NCBI GenBank assembly: GCA_020638835.1
Contig: JACKHV010000009.1
Coordinates: 17,093-81,092, forward strand
Length of the DNA stretch: 64,000 nucleotides
Direction of reading: 5' to 3'
DNA from: Planctomycetota bacterium
Lineage (GTDB): Bacteria; Planctomycetota; UBA1135; GCA-002686595
The notes beneath the pieces are model-generated. The model had not been told where the DNA came from. It worked only from the letters and a program-made list of their open reading frames with translations, and did no database searches. Shown one piece after another: positions 20,831 through 30,253 of the stretch; position 1 is the first letter of the stretch; each line of letters opens with the position of its first letter. The translations under genes were made by a program, and so were the position numbers.

Positions 20831-23545
20831 ATGCGGAAAGCCACCTTCTTCACGCTGGTTCTCCTGTCGCTCGCCGGCACCGCGGTGCACGGCGCAGCGC
20901 AGGACGGCGGCGTCAGCCGCGAGCAGCAGGCGCTCTCCGACGAACAAGCGCTGATCGTGCGCAAGCTCGCGCGACTGCGCGCCTCGATGGAACGCCTCGC
21001 GGAGCGCTACGAAGCGGAAGGACGCGCGCACGCCGCGGGCTTGCTGCGCGACGCGCTCACGCACCTCGACGAGCGCCAGAAGCAGCGCTCCAGCAAGACG
21101 CTCGACGAACTCATGACCGGGGCCGAGAGCGGGCTCACCGCCGGTCAGGTCGTGCAGGCGATCGAGGACCAGAAGGCGATCGTGGCGGACCTCGAGCGCT
21201 TGCTGTCGATCCTGATGGATCGCCCGGACCTCGACCAGCTGCAGAACCAGCTCGAGCAGCTCAAGGCCTTCACCAAGGCGCTGCGCGGACTCTCGCAGGA
21301 AGAACAGCAGCTGCGCGACGACATCGACAGGCTGCGCCAAGACTCGAAGAACGCAGCGCAGAAGAACCTCGAACAGAGCCTCGCGCTGCTCTCGCAGCAA
21401 CAGGCGGAACTGCTGCGCGAGAACGAGCGTGAGGCGCGCGACTCGGGCTCGCTGCAGCTCGAGGCGCTCGAAGCGCGGCTCGAGCTGCTGCTGCGGGACC
21501 AGCAGACGGACCTCGCTGTGGCGCGGTCGTGGCGCCCGGAGACGCACCGCGAGCTGTCCGAGCTGCTCGCTCCCCTCGAGGCGTCGCGCACCGAGTCCGC
21601 GCGGGCCGAGCGCCTGCAAGCGGCCGCCGAACGGGTCGAGGCGCTGTCGCGCGCCGCGCAGCCGGACGGTGACGCGGAAGCCTTGCAGCGCGCGCTCGCC
21701 GAAGTCGACGCCGCGGCGGAACGCGAGGATCGCCACGCGCGCACCGGGAACGACCCGGCCGCGGAGCAGGCCGCCGAAGCGCTGCGCAACGCGGCGGAAG
21801 CCGCCCGCGCGGGGAACACCGACGAACTCGCGCGCGCCGCTGCCGAGCTCGAGCGCGCGGCCGAAGAACGCCGCTCCGCCGCCGCCGAGTCGCGTGCGGA
21901 AGCAGCCGCGGCCGCGGAGTCTCTCGAGCACGCTTCGCCCGAGCTGCAAGCACAGCTCGCGAAGGCCGCCGAGAAGGGAGACGCCGCCTCGACGGCGGAA
22001 GCGCTCGCCGCGCTGCGTCGCGATCTGAACGATCAACGCTTCCTCGGCCAAGCGCTCTCCGCCTCGCAGAACAAGAACGCCGAAAGCGCCGAACGACTCG
22101 CCGAGAGCTTGCAGCGCGCGTCGCAGCAGGAAGGCGACACGGAAGCCGCTGCCGAGGCGCTCGCCGAAGCGAAGCAAGCGATGGAACGCGCCTCGCAAGC
22201 CGCCTCGGAGAACGCGGCGACGGAGACGGCCGAAGCCGCCGAGCAAGGACGGCGCGCGCTCGAGTCCGCGCTGCAGGCGCTGGCCGCGGGCCGCCAGTCC
22301 CGCGCACAGCAGTCCGCCGGCGACCTGGCAGAACGTCAGCAACGGCTCTCCGAGCAAGCGGCCGGCCTCGAACAGACCGCATCGGAAGCGTCGCTCTCCT
22401 CCGAGGCGCAAGAAGCGGTGCGGCAGCAGCTCGAGGAAGCCTCCGAGGCGATGCAGAAGGCCGCGGAGGCGCTCCAGGAAGGACAGCGTTCGGAAGCCGC
22501 CGCGCAGCAACGCAAGGCGATGGAAGCGCTGAACGAAGCGGCACGCGAGAGCGACTCCGGGACGCAGCCGCAGAACGAAGAAGCACGCGAGCGCGCCGAA
22601 CAACTCGCCGAGAAGCAGAAAGAGGTGGAGCGCCGGCTCTACGAGTTCCGCCGCGCCTACGAGGAGTCGCGCCAGGACCAACCCCTCCCCTCGCTCGAGT
22701 CGGCTCAACAGAGCGCGCGCCAGTCAGGTGAGCAGCTGGAGCAGGGAAACCTCGACGAAGCCGAGCAGAAGGCCGAGGAGGCGCAGCGCCGGATCGAGGA
22801 AGCGCTCGACCAGCTCGACGAGGAAGAACAGCAGTACCAACGGCTGCGCGACGAGGAGCTGCTGTTCCAGATCGCGGAGGAAGTCGTCGGCATGATCGAG
22901 ACGCACGGCCGGCTCTCGGCGGAGACGCTCGAGGTCGACGAGAGCCGTGTGCCCGGCGAGCGCGCGACGCGCGCGCAGAAGCTGCGCCTGCGCAAGATCT
23001 CGCGCGAGGTACAGGCGCTCGCCGACCGCTCGGCGGAACTCCGCGCTGCGATCGCGAAGGAAGGCAGCACGGTGTTCGCCGAGCTCTTCCAGCGCATCGA
23101 GGACGACCTCGTGCGCATCTCGCGCGCCTCGGGTGAGATCGGCGGCTACCAGAGCGGCGCGACCGTCCAGGCGCGCTTCGACGACGTCGGACGCGACCTG
23201 CGCTGGCTGCTCGAGTCGTTGGAGGAAGAGAAGAGCAGGCGCGAGCAGGAAGAGTCGCAGCAAGGCGGGCAACAGGGCGGCGAGCCGGGCGAGCCCGAGA
23301 ACCGCTTGGTGCCCGACGCGGCCGAGCTGAAGCTGCTGCAGCGCATGGAGGGCGAAGTGCTCGACAGCCTCGACGAGTTGCTCGTGCTCTACCCCGAGCT
23401 CGCCGAGGGCGGCCAGATCGATCCGCTGCTGCGCGAAGAGATCTCGCGCCTGGCGCAACGCCACCGGCGCACCAGTGAGTTGTTCAGCAGCTTCCGAGAA
23501 CGCCTCGGACTCCCCGACCCCGAAGCCGGCTCCAGAGCCCAGTGA
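20831..23545 (+). CDS. Exported 904-aa Ala/Glu/Gln/Arg-rich coiled-coil protein
   Basis: ATG 1 nt after the upstream stop. Signal peptide MRKATFFTLVLLSLAGTAVHGAAQ. Hundreds of residues of AAEALxxAxE-type heptad-like low complexity follow. Confidence 0.65.
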   Translation: MRKATFFTLVLLSLAGTAVHGAAQDGGVSREQQALSDEQALIVRKLARLRASMERLAERYEAEGRAHAAGLLRDALTHLDERQKQRSSKTLDELMTGAESGLTAGQVVQAIEDQKAIVADLERLLSILMDRPDLDQLQNQLEQLKAFTKALRGLSQEEQQLRDDIDRLRQDSKNAAQKNLEQSLALLSQQQAELLRENEREARDSGSLQLEALEARLELLLRDQQTDLAVARSWRPETHRELSELLAPLEASRTESARAERLQAAAERVEALSRAAQPDGDAEALQRALAEVDAAAEREDRHARTGNDPAAEQAAEALRNAAEAARAGNTDELARAAAELERAAEERRSAAAESRAEAAAAAESLEHASPELQAQLAKAAEKGDAASTAEALAALRRDLNDQRFLGQALSASQNKNAESAERLAESLQRASQQEGDTEAAAEALAEAKQAMERASQAASENAATETAEAAEQGRRALESALQALAAGRQSRAQQSAGDLAERQQRLSEQAAGLEQTASEASLSSEAQEAVRQQLEEASEAMQKAAEALQEGQRSEAAAQQRKAMEALNEAARESDSGTQPQNEEARERAEQLAEKQKEVERRLYEFRRAYEESRQDQPLPSLESAQQSARQSGEQLEQGNLDEAEQKAEEAQRRIEEALDQLDEEEQQYQRLRDEELLFQIAEEVVGMIETHGRLSAETLEVDESRVPGERATRAQKLRLRKISREVQALADRSAELRAAIAKEGSTVFAELFQRIEDDLVRISRASGEIGGYQSGATVQARFDDVGRDLRWLLESLEEEKSRREQEESQQGGQQGGEPGEPENRLVPDAAELKLLQRMEGEVLDSLDELLVLYPELAEGGQIDPLLREEISRLAQRHRRTSELFSSFRERLGLPDPEAGSRAQ

Positions 23546-24432
23546 TGAAGGACATCCTCATGCGACGCCACGGACGACGACTGCTGTTCTGCAGCCTCTG
23601 CGCCTTCTTGCTCGTGTGGTCCGCCACGGCACAAGTGCCCGAGGTCGGGCCGGATCCTGTGGACGAGGGCCAACCCGTCGAAGAAGAGGCGCCCGCGCCC
23701 TTCTCGCCGCGCGAAGACGCCGGCGACCTCGAGGCCGAGATGCGCAAGATCTTCCAGCGCGTCGAGACGAAGTTGCGCGACATCGACGTGCTGCTGACCG
23801 ACGCGAGCGCCGGTGACACGCGCCGCCTCGCCGAGGCGGGCGAAGCCGGCATCGACGAACTCCTGCGGCGTTCCGTCGAGGACGGACGCGCGGTGCAGCG
23901 CGAGATCGACGAGCTCCTGCAGCTCGCGCAGCAGGTGGGGTCGAGCTGCTCGTCCAGTTCCTCGAGCTCGTCGCAGAACGGGCAAGGGCAACAAGGCCAG
24001 TCCAGCGGACAGCCGAGCCCCCTCGACCAAGGCCCGGGAAGCCAGCGCAGCCAGGAGGCGACGCCCACCCTGCCGGAGCAGTCGCAGCCAGGCGGCGAGC
24101 CGGAAGGCGAGCAGCACGGCGATCAGCCCGGCGGCGAGCAGGAGGGCGAACAGCCCGCGGACGGCAAGCAACAGCCCGGCGAGGGCGAGCAGCCCGAGGA
24201 CGGACCGGAGCGCCCGGACGACGATCCCCGCAACATCGCGGGCGACGACCCGAAGGCCGGCGAGACGTCGGCTCCCTCGCGCGCCGATCTCTCGGAGCGT
24301 TGGGGTGAGTTGCCCGTGCACGTGCGCGACGTGTTCCGCACGGAAGGCGGCGAGGACATGCCTGCCGAGTACCGCGACTGGATCGACGCGTACTACCGCA
24401 AGCTGAACGAGCGCGCCGCACAAGGTCGCTGA
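23542..24432 (+). CDS. Exported protein with Ser/Gln/Glu/Gly-rich linker and conserved C-terminal segment
   Basis: GTG 23542 or ATG 23545 overlaps the upstream TGA. Hydrophobic signal LLFCSLCAFLLVWSATAQ. C-terminus RWGELPVHVRDVFRTEGGEDMPAEYRDWIDAYYRKLNE. No named domain recognised. Confidence 0.55.
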   Translation: MMKDILMRRHGRRLLFCSLCAFLLVWSATAQVPEVGPDPVDEGQPVEEEAPAPFSPREDAGDLEAEMRKIFQRVETKLRDIDVLLTDASAGDTRRLAEAGEAGIDELLRRSVEDGRAVQREIDELLQLAQQVGSSCSSSSSSSSQNGQGQQGQSSGQPSPLDQGPGSQRSQEATPTLPEQSQPGGEPEGEQHGDQPGGEQEGEQPADGKQQPGEGEQPEDGPERPDDDPRNIAGDDPKAGETSAPSRADLSERWGELPVHVRDVFRTEGGEDMPAEYRDWIDAYYRKLNERAAQGR

Positions 24433-24446
24433 GCGAGGGAGGCGGA

Positions 24447-25592
24447 GTGAGTCGACGCGGCGCGCTGACGGCCTGCACGGCTCTGGGACTCTGCCTGCTG
24501 TGCAGCGGCGAGGAGCCACCCGAGCGCGCGCAAGAACGCGTGCCTTCGAGCCCCGAGCTGACGCCCGGACTCGAGGTGCGGGACTCGCCGCAGGACCGCG
24601 CGGCCCGCACGGCGGTCGACCTCGCGCTCGCGCGCCTCGCGGCGTGGCAGCACGAGGAGACGGACGGCTCGATGCCGCCCGCCGGCGCTCGCGAGTTCGC
24701 TCCAGTCGCGACGACCGCGCTCGCAGCGCTCGCTTGGATGGCGACGGGGAGCACGCCGGGTCGCGGACCGTACGGCGCGGAGCTGTCGCGCGCGCTCGAC
24801 TACCTGATCGACCACACCGAGCTCGACGAGAAGTCCGAGACCTACGGCTACGTGTCCGATCAACGCGACGCGCTCTCGCGCACGCACGGCCACGGCTTCG
24901 CGACGCTCGCGATGGCGCAGGCCTTCGCGCTGTCACCGGAGAGCGCGCGCGGCCGCCGCTTGCAGACGGCGCTGCACGCGGCCGTCGCGTGCATCGAGAA
25001 CAGCCAGGGTTCCGAAGGCGGATGGGAGTACGCGCCGAAGAAGCTCGTGAACCATGAGGGCTCGGTGACGATCTGCCTCGTGCAGGCGCTGCGCGGCGCG
25101 AAGGATGCCGGCCTCGCCGTCGACCGCAAGGTCATCGAGCGCGCGCTCGGGTACGTGCGGAGGTCGCAGAAGGACGACGGTTCGTTCCGCTACGCGATCG
25201 GCAACGACCGCAGCTCCGTCGCACTGACAGCGGCCGCGCTCGCGACGCTGAACGCCGGCGGCGAGTACTCGGGCAGCGTCGTCCTGTCGGGCTTCGACTG
25301 GCTGGTTCGCGAACTCGCCAACCGCGCCGAGGACCGCGCCTGGGCGAGCGGCGAGCGCCCCGCCTCGCACTTCCCGCACTACGAACGCTTCTATCTGGCC
25401 CAGGCGTTCTGGCAGCACTCCGAGCGCCGCGTCTTCGACGAGTGGTTCGCCGAGGAGCAGCGCCGGCTCCTGCTGGACCAGCAGGAAGAGGGAGCCTGGC
25501 TCGACGACAGCTACGGCGCCGTCTATGCGACTTCGATGAGCGTGCTGGTCCTGGCCCTCCCGGACGGCCTGCTGCCGGTCTACCTGCGCTAG
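24447..25592 (+). CDS. Exported prenyltransferase / squalene-cyclase-like alpha/alpha-toroid repeat protein (2 of 2)
   Basis: GTG start preceded by a GGGAGG RBS. Signal or lipobox-like ALGLCLLCSG. Toroid-type repeats: ETDGSMPP, SEGGWEYAP, KDDGSFRYA, QEEGAWLDD. It shares the C-x-V-x-ALR segment with the 17319 protein (VVCQVLALRAARNIGI vs TICLVQALRGAKDAGL). Confidence 0.7.
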   Translation: MSRRGALTACTALGLCLLCSGEEPPERAQERVPSSPELTPGLEVRDSPQDRAARTAVDLALARLAAWQHEETDGSMPPAGAREFAPVATTALAALAWMATGSTPGRGPYGAELSRALDYLIDHTELDEKSETYGYVSDQRDALSRTHGHGFATLAMAQAFALSPESARGRRLQTALHAAVACIENSQGSEGGWEYAPKKLVNHEGSVTICLVQALRGAKDAGLAVDRKVIERALGYVRRSQKDDGSFRYAIGNDRSSVALTAAALATLNAGGEYSGSVVLSGFDWLVRELANRAEDRAWASGERPASHFPHYERFYLAQAFWQHSERRVFDEWFAEEQRRLLLDQQEEGAWLDDSYGAVYATSMSVLVLALPDGLLPVYLR

Positions 25593-25835
25593 GGACCCCT
25601 GCGGGCCGGCCCGCCTCGAAAAAATCGGCGACGGCACCCGGGGAAGGGGGCTGGAAAAAGCTGCAGGGTCGCCCCAAATCGCTGATAATCAGGAACTTGC
25701 GAAGGCCGGAAAGCGTCACGAGGGCGTTCGGTCCAAGTCGCCCGATCGGGGGGATTCCCCCGGTCCCCAGGCCGCGTACCTGCGGATAGAATTCGGTTCA
25801 CGGGCCCAGGAACCGCCCCCGCGCCTCCTCCGACG

Positions 25836-27248
25836 ATGTTGATCACCCTCCTGCTCTCCGCCGCGGCCGCCGCCCCGGCCGCGCTCCAGACCACGCAGAC
25901 GGCGCCCCTGCAGTCCACGAACACCGTGGTGCAGCCCCCGGCCATGAGCCCCCAGGGACAGCCGCTGCCCAGCGGTGGAACCGTGGCCAGCGCCGTCGGC
26001 GGCCAACAGATCGCCATCGGGGTCGACCCGCTGCGCCTCCTGGGCTCGCCGCAGCCCGGCGTCTACGAGCTCGTGCTGAACGACACCGGCACGACCTGGC
26101 AGGAGCCCTTCCTGATCGGCATCCCGCCGGTCCCTGCGGGCCCGAACGCGCCGCTGCTCGTCGTCTTCCACGGCTGGGGCAACACGCACCGCTCGATCCT
26201 CGACCAGACCTCCTACTTCCACGAGGCGCGGCAGCGCGGCTGGTACGTCGTCGCTCCCCTCGGCGCCCACAAGTACAACTACTCGATCCCCTACGCGCAG
26301 CAGAACGTGCAGACTGTGCTGGACTGGGTGACCCAGGCCCTGCCCGTCGACGACACGCGCATCTACGGCGTCGGCTTCTCGATGGGCGGCGGCAACGTGA
26401 CGAACTACGCGGCGCGCCACCTCGACCCCGCGCACGCGCGCTTCGCCGCGATCGTGAACCACACGGGCACCGTGTCGGTCCGCGACGTCTTCTACAACTC
26501 GGTGGACACCACGCTGCTCGAGCACGTCGACATGTTCGGCGGCACGCCCGTGCAGAAGGCCTTCGAGTACGCGCGCAGCTCGGTGATCGACATCGAGCCG
26601 GGCTTCCCCGCCCCCGACACCGGAGCGGACCTCGCGCGCAACTTGGTCGGCCTGCCGATGTTCAACTTCGCGGTCGACAACGACCCGCTGGCGCACCTGG
26701 TGCGCGAGACGCGCATCTTCACGCGCTGGCTCTGGCGCCTCGAAGGCACGCCGCGCATGAAGGAAGGCCAAGGCGCGCTGCACACCTGGGACTCGCTCGA
26801 CGAGTGGGCTGCTTGCCAGTTCCTGTCGATGCACACCCTCGACGCCTCGCCGCAGGGCACGCACTCGCTGCTCGCCGACCGCGACGCGACCTACTACTGC
26901 TTCGACGTCGAACAGGACGCCCTGAACGCCTTCACGCCCTTCCGCTGGAACCTCGACCAGGCGCTGAACCGCCTGATCCTCGACCAGACCGAGAACCTCG
27001 CCCGCATCACCGTCGACACCGACGAAGCGGGCCTGGACACCTCGAACATCGTCAAGGTGATCCTCGGCACGCAGGACGGACTGCCCGAGGAAGTCGTGCT
27101 CGACGGCTACAGCGTCGCGCCGACGAACGTGCTGCGCAACGGCGTGCCGATGGCTCCCGGAGCATGGAGCTTCGACGCCCAGAGCGGTACGGTGACGATC
27201 ATCGAGACCAACGCCGCCGCGTATCCGCAGTGGCGCATCGAACCCTGA
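25836..27248 (+). CDS. Exported alpha/beta-hydrolase esterase (PHB-depolymerase / carboxylesterase-like)
   Basis: Signal MLITLLLSAAAAAPAAL. LLVVFHGWGNTH and the nucleophile elbow YGVGFSMGGG (GxSxG) are present. Confidence 0.7.
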   Translation: MLITLLLSAAAAAPAALQTTQTAPLQSTNTVVQPPAMSPQGQPLPSGGTVASAVGGQQIAIGVDPLRLLGSPQPGVYELVLNDTGTTWQEPFLIGIPPVPAGPNAPLLVVFHGWGNTHRSILDQTSYFHEARQRGWYVVAPLGAHKYNYSIPYAQQNVQTVLDWVTQALPVDDTRIYGVGFSMGGGNVTNYAARHLDPAHARFAAIVNHTGTVSVRDVFYNSVDTTLLEHVDMFGGTPVQKAFEYARSSVIDIEPGFPAPDTGADLARNLVGLPMFNFAVDNDPLAHLVRETRIFTRWLWRLEGTPRMKEGQGALHTWDSLDEWAACQFLSMHTLDASPQGTHSLLADRDATYYCFDVEQDALNAFTPFRWNLDQALNRLILDQTENLARITVDTDEAGLDTSNIVKVILGTQDGLPEEVVLDGYSVAPTNVLRNGVPMAPGAWSFDAQSGTVTIIETNAAAYPQWRIEP

Positions 27249-27343
27249 TCCACCGTAGCGCCGACGACTTGGCCGGCCGACGCTCCTCGTGACCCGAGGT
27301 GCATCGCGCGTTGCGGCAGGATCTCTTCCCCACGAGAAGGTCC

Positions 27344-29122
27344 ATGTCGGCATCCGCTCTCCAGCGCTCGCGGCCCGCACCGCGATTCGCGTTCGTCGCG
27401 TTCTCCCTCCTGGCCGCGCTCGCCCCGAGCTGCGGCGGTGAGGACCCCACAGATTCCAGCGCTCCGGCGGCAAGCTCCGTACCGCAGTCGATCGAGATCG
27501 TCGATCCGGAGCCGCGCATCACCGACCTCGAGACGGTCGAAGACCTCTCGGAAGAAGTCGCCGATTGGCTGCTCGACTTCAGCGACGAGCTGCAGCGGCG
27601 CGAGTTCGGCGACGCCCGCGCCTGGTTCGCCGACGACTTCGCCGGGCATACCTTCGCGCCGCTGCCGGAACTCGGAACGGATGCCCTGACCAAGGACGCG
27701 CAGCGAGTCCGCTTCGACACGAGCAAGGCGGCGATCCTCGGACCGGACGACTTCATGGGCGCGGTCGGGTCGCGCATCGCCGACTGGAGCCGCGTCGAGC
27801 TCGTGCTGTGGAAGGTCAAGGGCGCCGAGTTCCTCGCAGGTTCGGGAACGCGCGTCGGGAAGATCAAGCTCTACCTCTCGCACATCGGCACGCTGGTCAG
27901 CGGCGGGCGCGCGGAGTTGAGTGGATGGGCGTACTGCACCGTCGAGAAGCGCCGCGGCTCGTGGTTCATCACGCGCCTGCGCCTCGACTCGCTGCAGCTC
28001 GAGACGACCGAGCGCGCGTGGTTCACCGACGTCTCGACGTCCACTGGCGTTGCGCATCGAGGCACGCGCTTCGGCAAGCCCGGCAACAGGAGCTTCGCGT
28101 GGAACGGCGCGGCGGGCGGTGACGTCAACGGCGACGGCTACTGGGACGTCTTCGTCCCGAGCGACGGACGCAACTACCTCTACCTCGGCGGGCCGGACGG
28201 TGTGTTCGAGGAAGTGGCCGAGGCGCGCGGTGTCGCGTTGCCCGCAGCCGGGACCGGTGCTCTCTTCTTCGACCGTGACGGAGACGGCGATCAGGACCTG
28301 ATCGTCGGACACGACGCCTGGGTCTCGAAGCAGGGTGAGGTCGAGGGGCGAGCCCCGGCCTTCTACGAGAACGACGGTCACGGGAGCTTCGTCGAGCGCG
28401 GCGCGGCGCTCGGGCTCGGTTGCTACCTCGGGCCGTGGTACTCGCTGTGCGCGCTCGACTTCGACTCGGACGGCGACCTGGACGTGTTCGTCTGCGGCTA
28501 TGGAACGGTCGCGAAGGAGCACAACAACAGCTGGATCGAGGCGACAAACGGTGCGCCGAACTTGTTGCTCGAGAACCGCGGCTCCGAGGGCTTCGTGGAC
28601 GTGGCCGGCGAACTCGGTATCGCAGGTCGCTCCTGGTCCTACGCAGCCGCCGCCGCGGACTACGACCAGGACGGTGACACCGACCTGTACGTCGCGAACG
28701 ACTACGGCACGAACCGCCTGTGGCGCAACGACGGCACGGGAAGGTTCGTCGACGTGGCCGGAGAGCTCGGCATCAAGGACGAGGGCAACGGCATGGGCGT
28801 CACCTTCGGCGACCTGAACCAGGACGGCGTTCTCGACCTCTACGTCTCGAACATGTCGTCGACCGCCGGCAACCGCATCCTGGGACGATTGCAGGACGAC
28901 CTCGATCCCGAGCTGCACGCGACGCTCAAGAAGCTCGCAGCCGGCAACACGATCTTCCTCTCGGGCGCCGAGGCGCGCTTCGCACAGCTGCCGAGCGCGG
29001 CCGGCGGCGTGAACGCGAGTTGGGCCTGGAGCGCGGTACTGCGCGACTTCGACCTCGACGGGTGTCTCGACATCTACTGCGCCAACGGATACGTGACCGG
29101 CGACTTGGCGCACGACACATGA
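27344..29122 (+). CDS. CRTAC1/ASPIC-family FG-GAP/VCBS repeat lipoprotein, N-terminal segment ending at an in-frame TGA
   Basis: ATG 27344 after a GAGAAGG RBS (the ORF opens at GTG 27299). Lipobox-like LLAALAPSCGG. VCBS/FG-GAP loops: GDVNGDGYWDVFV, FDRDGDGDQDLIVG, LDFDSDGDLDVFV, ADYDQDGDTDLYVAND, GDLNQDGVLDLYVSN, FDLDGCLDIYCANG. Confidence 0.8.
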   Translation: MSASALQRSRPAPRFAFVAFSLLAALAPSCGGEDPTDSSAPAASSVPQSIEIVDPEPRITDLETVEDLSEEVADWLLDFSDELQRREFGDARAWFADDFAGHTFAPLPELGTDALTKDAQRVRFDTSKAAILGPDDFMGAVGSRIADWSRVELVLWKVKGAEFLAGSGTRVGKIKLYLSHIGTLVSGGRAELSGWAYCTVEKRRGSWFITRLRLDSLQLETTERAWFTDVSTSTGVAHRGTRFGKPGNRSFAWNGAAGGDVNGDGYWDVFVPSDGRNYLYLGGPDGVFEEVAEARGVALPAAGTGALFFDRDGDGDQDLIVGHDAWVSKQGEVEGRAPAFYENDGHGSFVERGAALGLGCYLGPWYSLCALDFDSDGDLDVFVCGYGTVAKEHNNSWIEATNGAPNLLLENRGSEGFVDVAGELGIAGRSWSYAAAAADYDQDGDTDLYVANDYGTNRLWRNDGTGRFVDVAGELGIKDEGNGMGVTFGDLNQDGVLDLYVSNMSSTAGNRILGRLQDDLDPELHATLKKLAAGNTIFLSGAEARFAQLPSAAGGVNASWAWSAVLRDFDLDGCLDIYCANGYVTGDLAHDT

Positions 29123-29151
29123 AGCACCTATTGGCGCCACGTGGTGGCGTC
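29120..29151 (+). other. In-frame UGA plus downstream hairpin: candidate Sec codon / bacterial SECIS-like element (alternatively a nonsense mutation)
   Basis: TGA at 29120-22. Ten nt later comes the hairpin GGCGCCAC-GUG-GUGGCGUC (29133-29151): 8 bp including one G-U pair, with a G-first apical loop about 19 nt after the UGA. The flanking ORFs are in the same frame. Confidence 0.4.
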
Positions 29152-30232
29152 CTCGGTCGACAAGGAGAGCGCGTGCGAGTCGTTCACCGCACAAGAAGTC
29201 GGGAGCAGTAGCTACCTGAACCGGCACAACTCGCAGATGTTCAGCGAGGGGCGGTCGTTCAGCGGGAACGAGCGCAACAAGCTCTACCTGAATCGCGGAG
29301 ATGCGAGCTTCCTCGACGTCAGCGCGCTCTCGGCGACGGACACGCCGGCCGACGGTCGTGCGGTGCTCGCGGCAGACTTCGACGACGACGGCGACGTCGA
29401 CCTGTTCGTGCACAACCTGCAGCGTGAACGGCACAACTTGTTCCGCAACGACCTCGCCACCGGCGGCTTCCTGAAGCTGCGACTCGTGGGACGCACCGGG
29501 AACCCCGAAGCGGTCGGCGCAACGGTCGTCGTGCACGGGCCTCGTGGTCCCGTCGCGCAGGTGCTGTCGCGCGGCGACGGCTATTCGTCGTGCCAGGTGC
29601 CGGAGTTGATCTTCGGTCTCGGCGCCGCGAAGTCCGCAGAGGTCGTCGTGCACTGGCCCGGCGGCGCGACGGAGTCCTTCGGTGCGCTCGCTTCCGGCGC
29701 ACGCTGCGTGCTCGTCGAGGGCAGCGGCGAGGCCCGCTCGTTCGAAGCCCGGTCCGCGCGTCTCCCCGACCCCTTGCCGCTCGGACTCCAGCTGGGCGTC
29801 GGCCAGCGCGTTCCCGACTTCCGTGCACTCGACCGAGACGGGAATGAGGTCGTCGTGTCCCCGCGGCGCCTGGCGGGCGGCAAGCGCCTCCTCTTGAACT
29901 TCTGGGCGAGCTACTGCGGACCGTGCGTCGCGGAGCTGCCCGTGCTTCAGCAACTCGACGAGGCTGAGGATCAGGTCGTCGTCGCGATCAGCGCCGACGC
30001 GCCCGCGGACCGCGAGCACGCGCGGGACATCTTCGAGCAGCGCGGCGCGAAGTTCGTCTCCTACTACCTGGGCGCCGACGAGGCCGCGGACGCGGAGCTC
30101 GGCACGGTCGCAGACGTCGTCGACCTCCTGCGCCTACCGATTCCGACGACGCTGGTGCTGTCGGCCGAAGGAGAGGTGCTGGAGATCATCCGCGGTCCGA
30201 TCCCCGCCGTACCGAGCGAATCCTCGCGATAG
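29141..30232 (+). CDS. Continuation of the CRTAC1/ASPIC protein: UnbV_ASPIC-like domain + TlpA-like thioredoxin domain
   Basis: Same frame as 27299-29122. NERNKLYLNRGDASFLDVS, DFDDDGDVDLFVHN and GDGYSSCQVPELIFGLG...VVVHWPGG are ASPIC/UnbV-type. LLLNFWASYCGPCVAELPVL is a CxxC thioredoxin fold. GTG 29141 is only the first possible restart. Confidence 0.8.
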   Translation: MVASSVDKESACESFTAQEVGSSSYLNRHNSQMFSEGRSFSGNERNKLYLNRGDASFLDVSALSATDTPADGRAVLAADFDDDGDVDLFVHNLQRERHNLFRNDLATGGFLKLRLVGRTGNPEAVGATVVVHGPRGPVAQVLSRGDGYSSCQVPELIFGLGAAKSAEVVVHWPGGATESFGALASGARCVLVEGSGEARSFEARSARLPDPLPLGLQLGVGQRVPDFRALDRDGNEVVVSPRRLAGGKRLLLNFWASYCGPCVAELPVLQQLDEAEDQVVVAISADAPADREHARDIFEQRGAKFVSYYLGADEAADAELGTVADVVDLLRLPIPTTLVLSAEGEVLEIIRGPIPAVPSESSR

Positions 30233-30253
30233 GCGACGGATCTCGCGCCACAT

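Noticed and set aside
25601-25625. Hairpin GCGGGCCGGCCCGC followed by an A-run just after the MoxR cluster
   Set aside because: On the plus strand the stem is followed by CTCGAAAAAA rather than a U-tract. On the minus strand the T-run precedes the stem. It is not a canonical intrinsic terminator in either direction and the stem is short.
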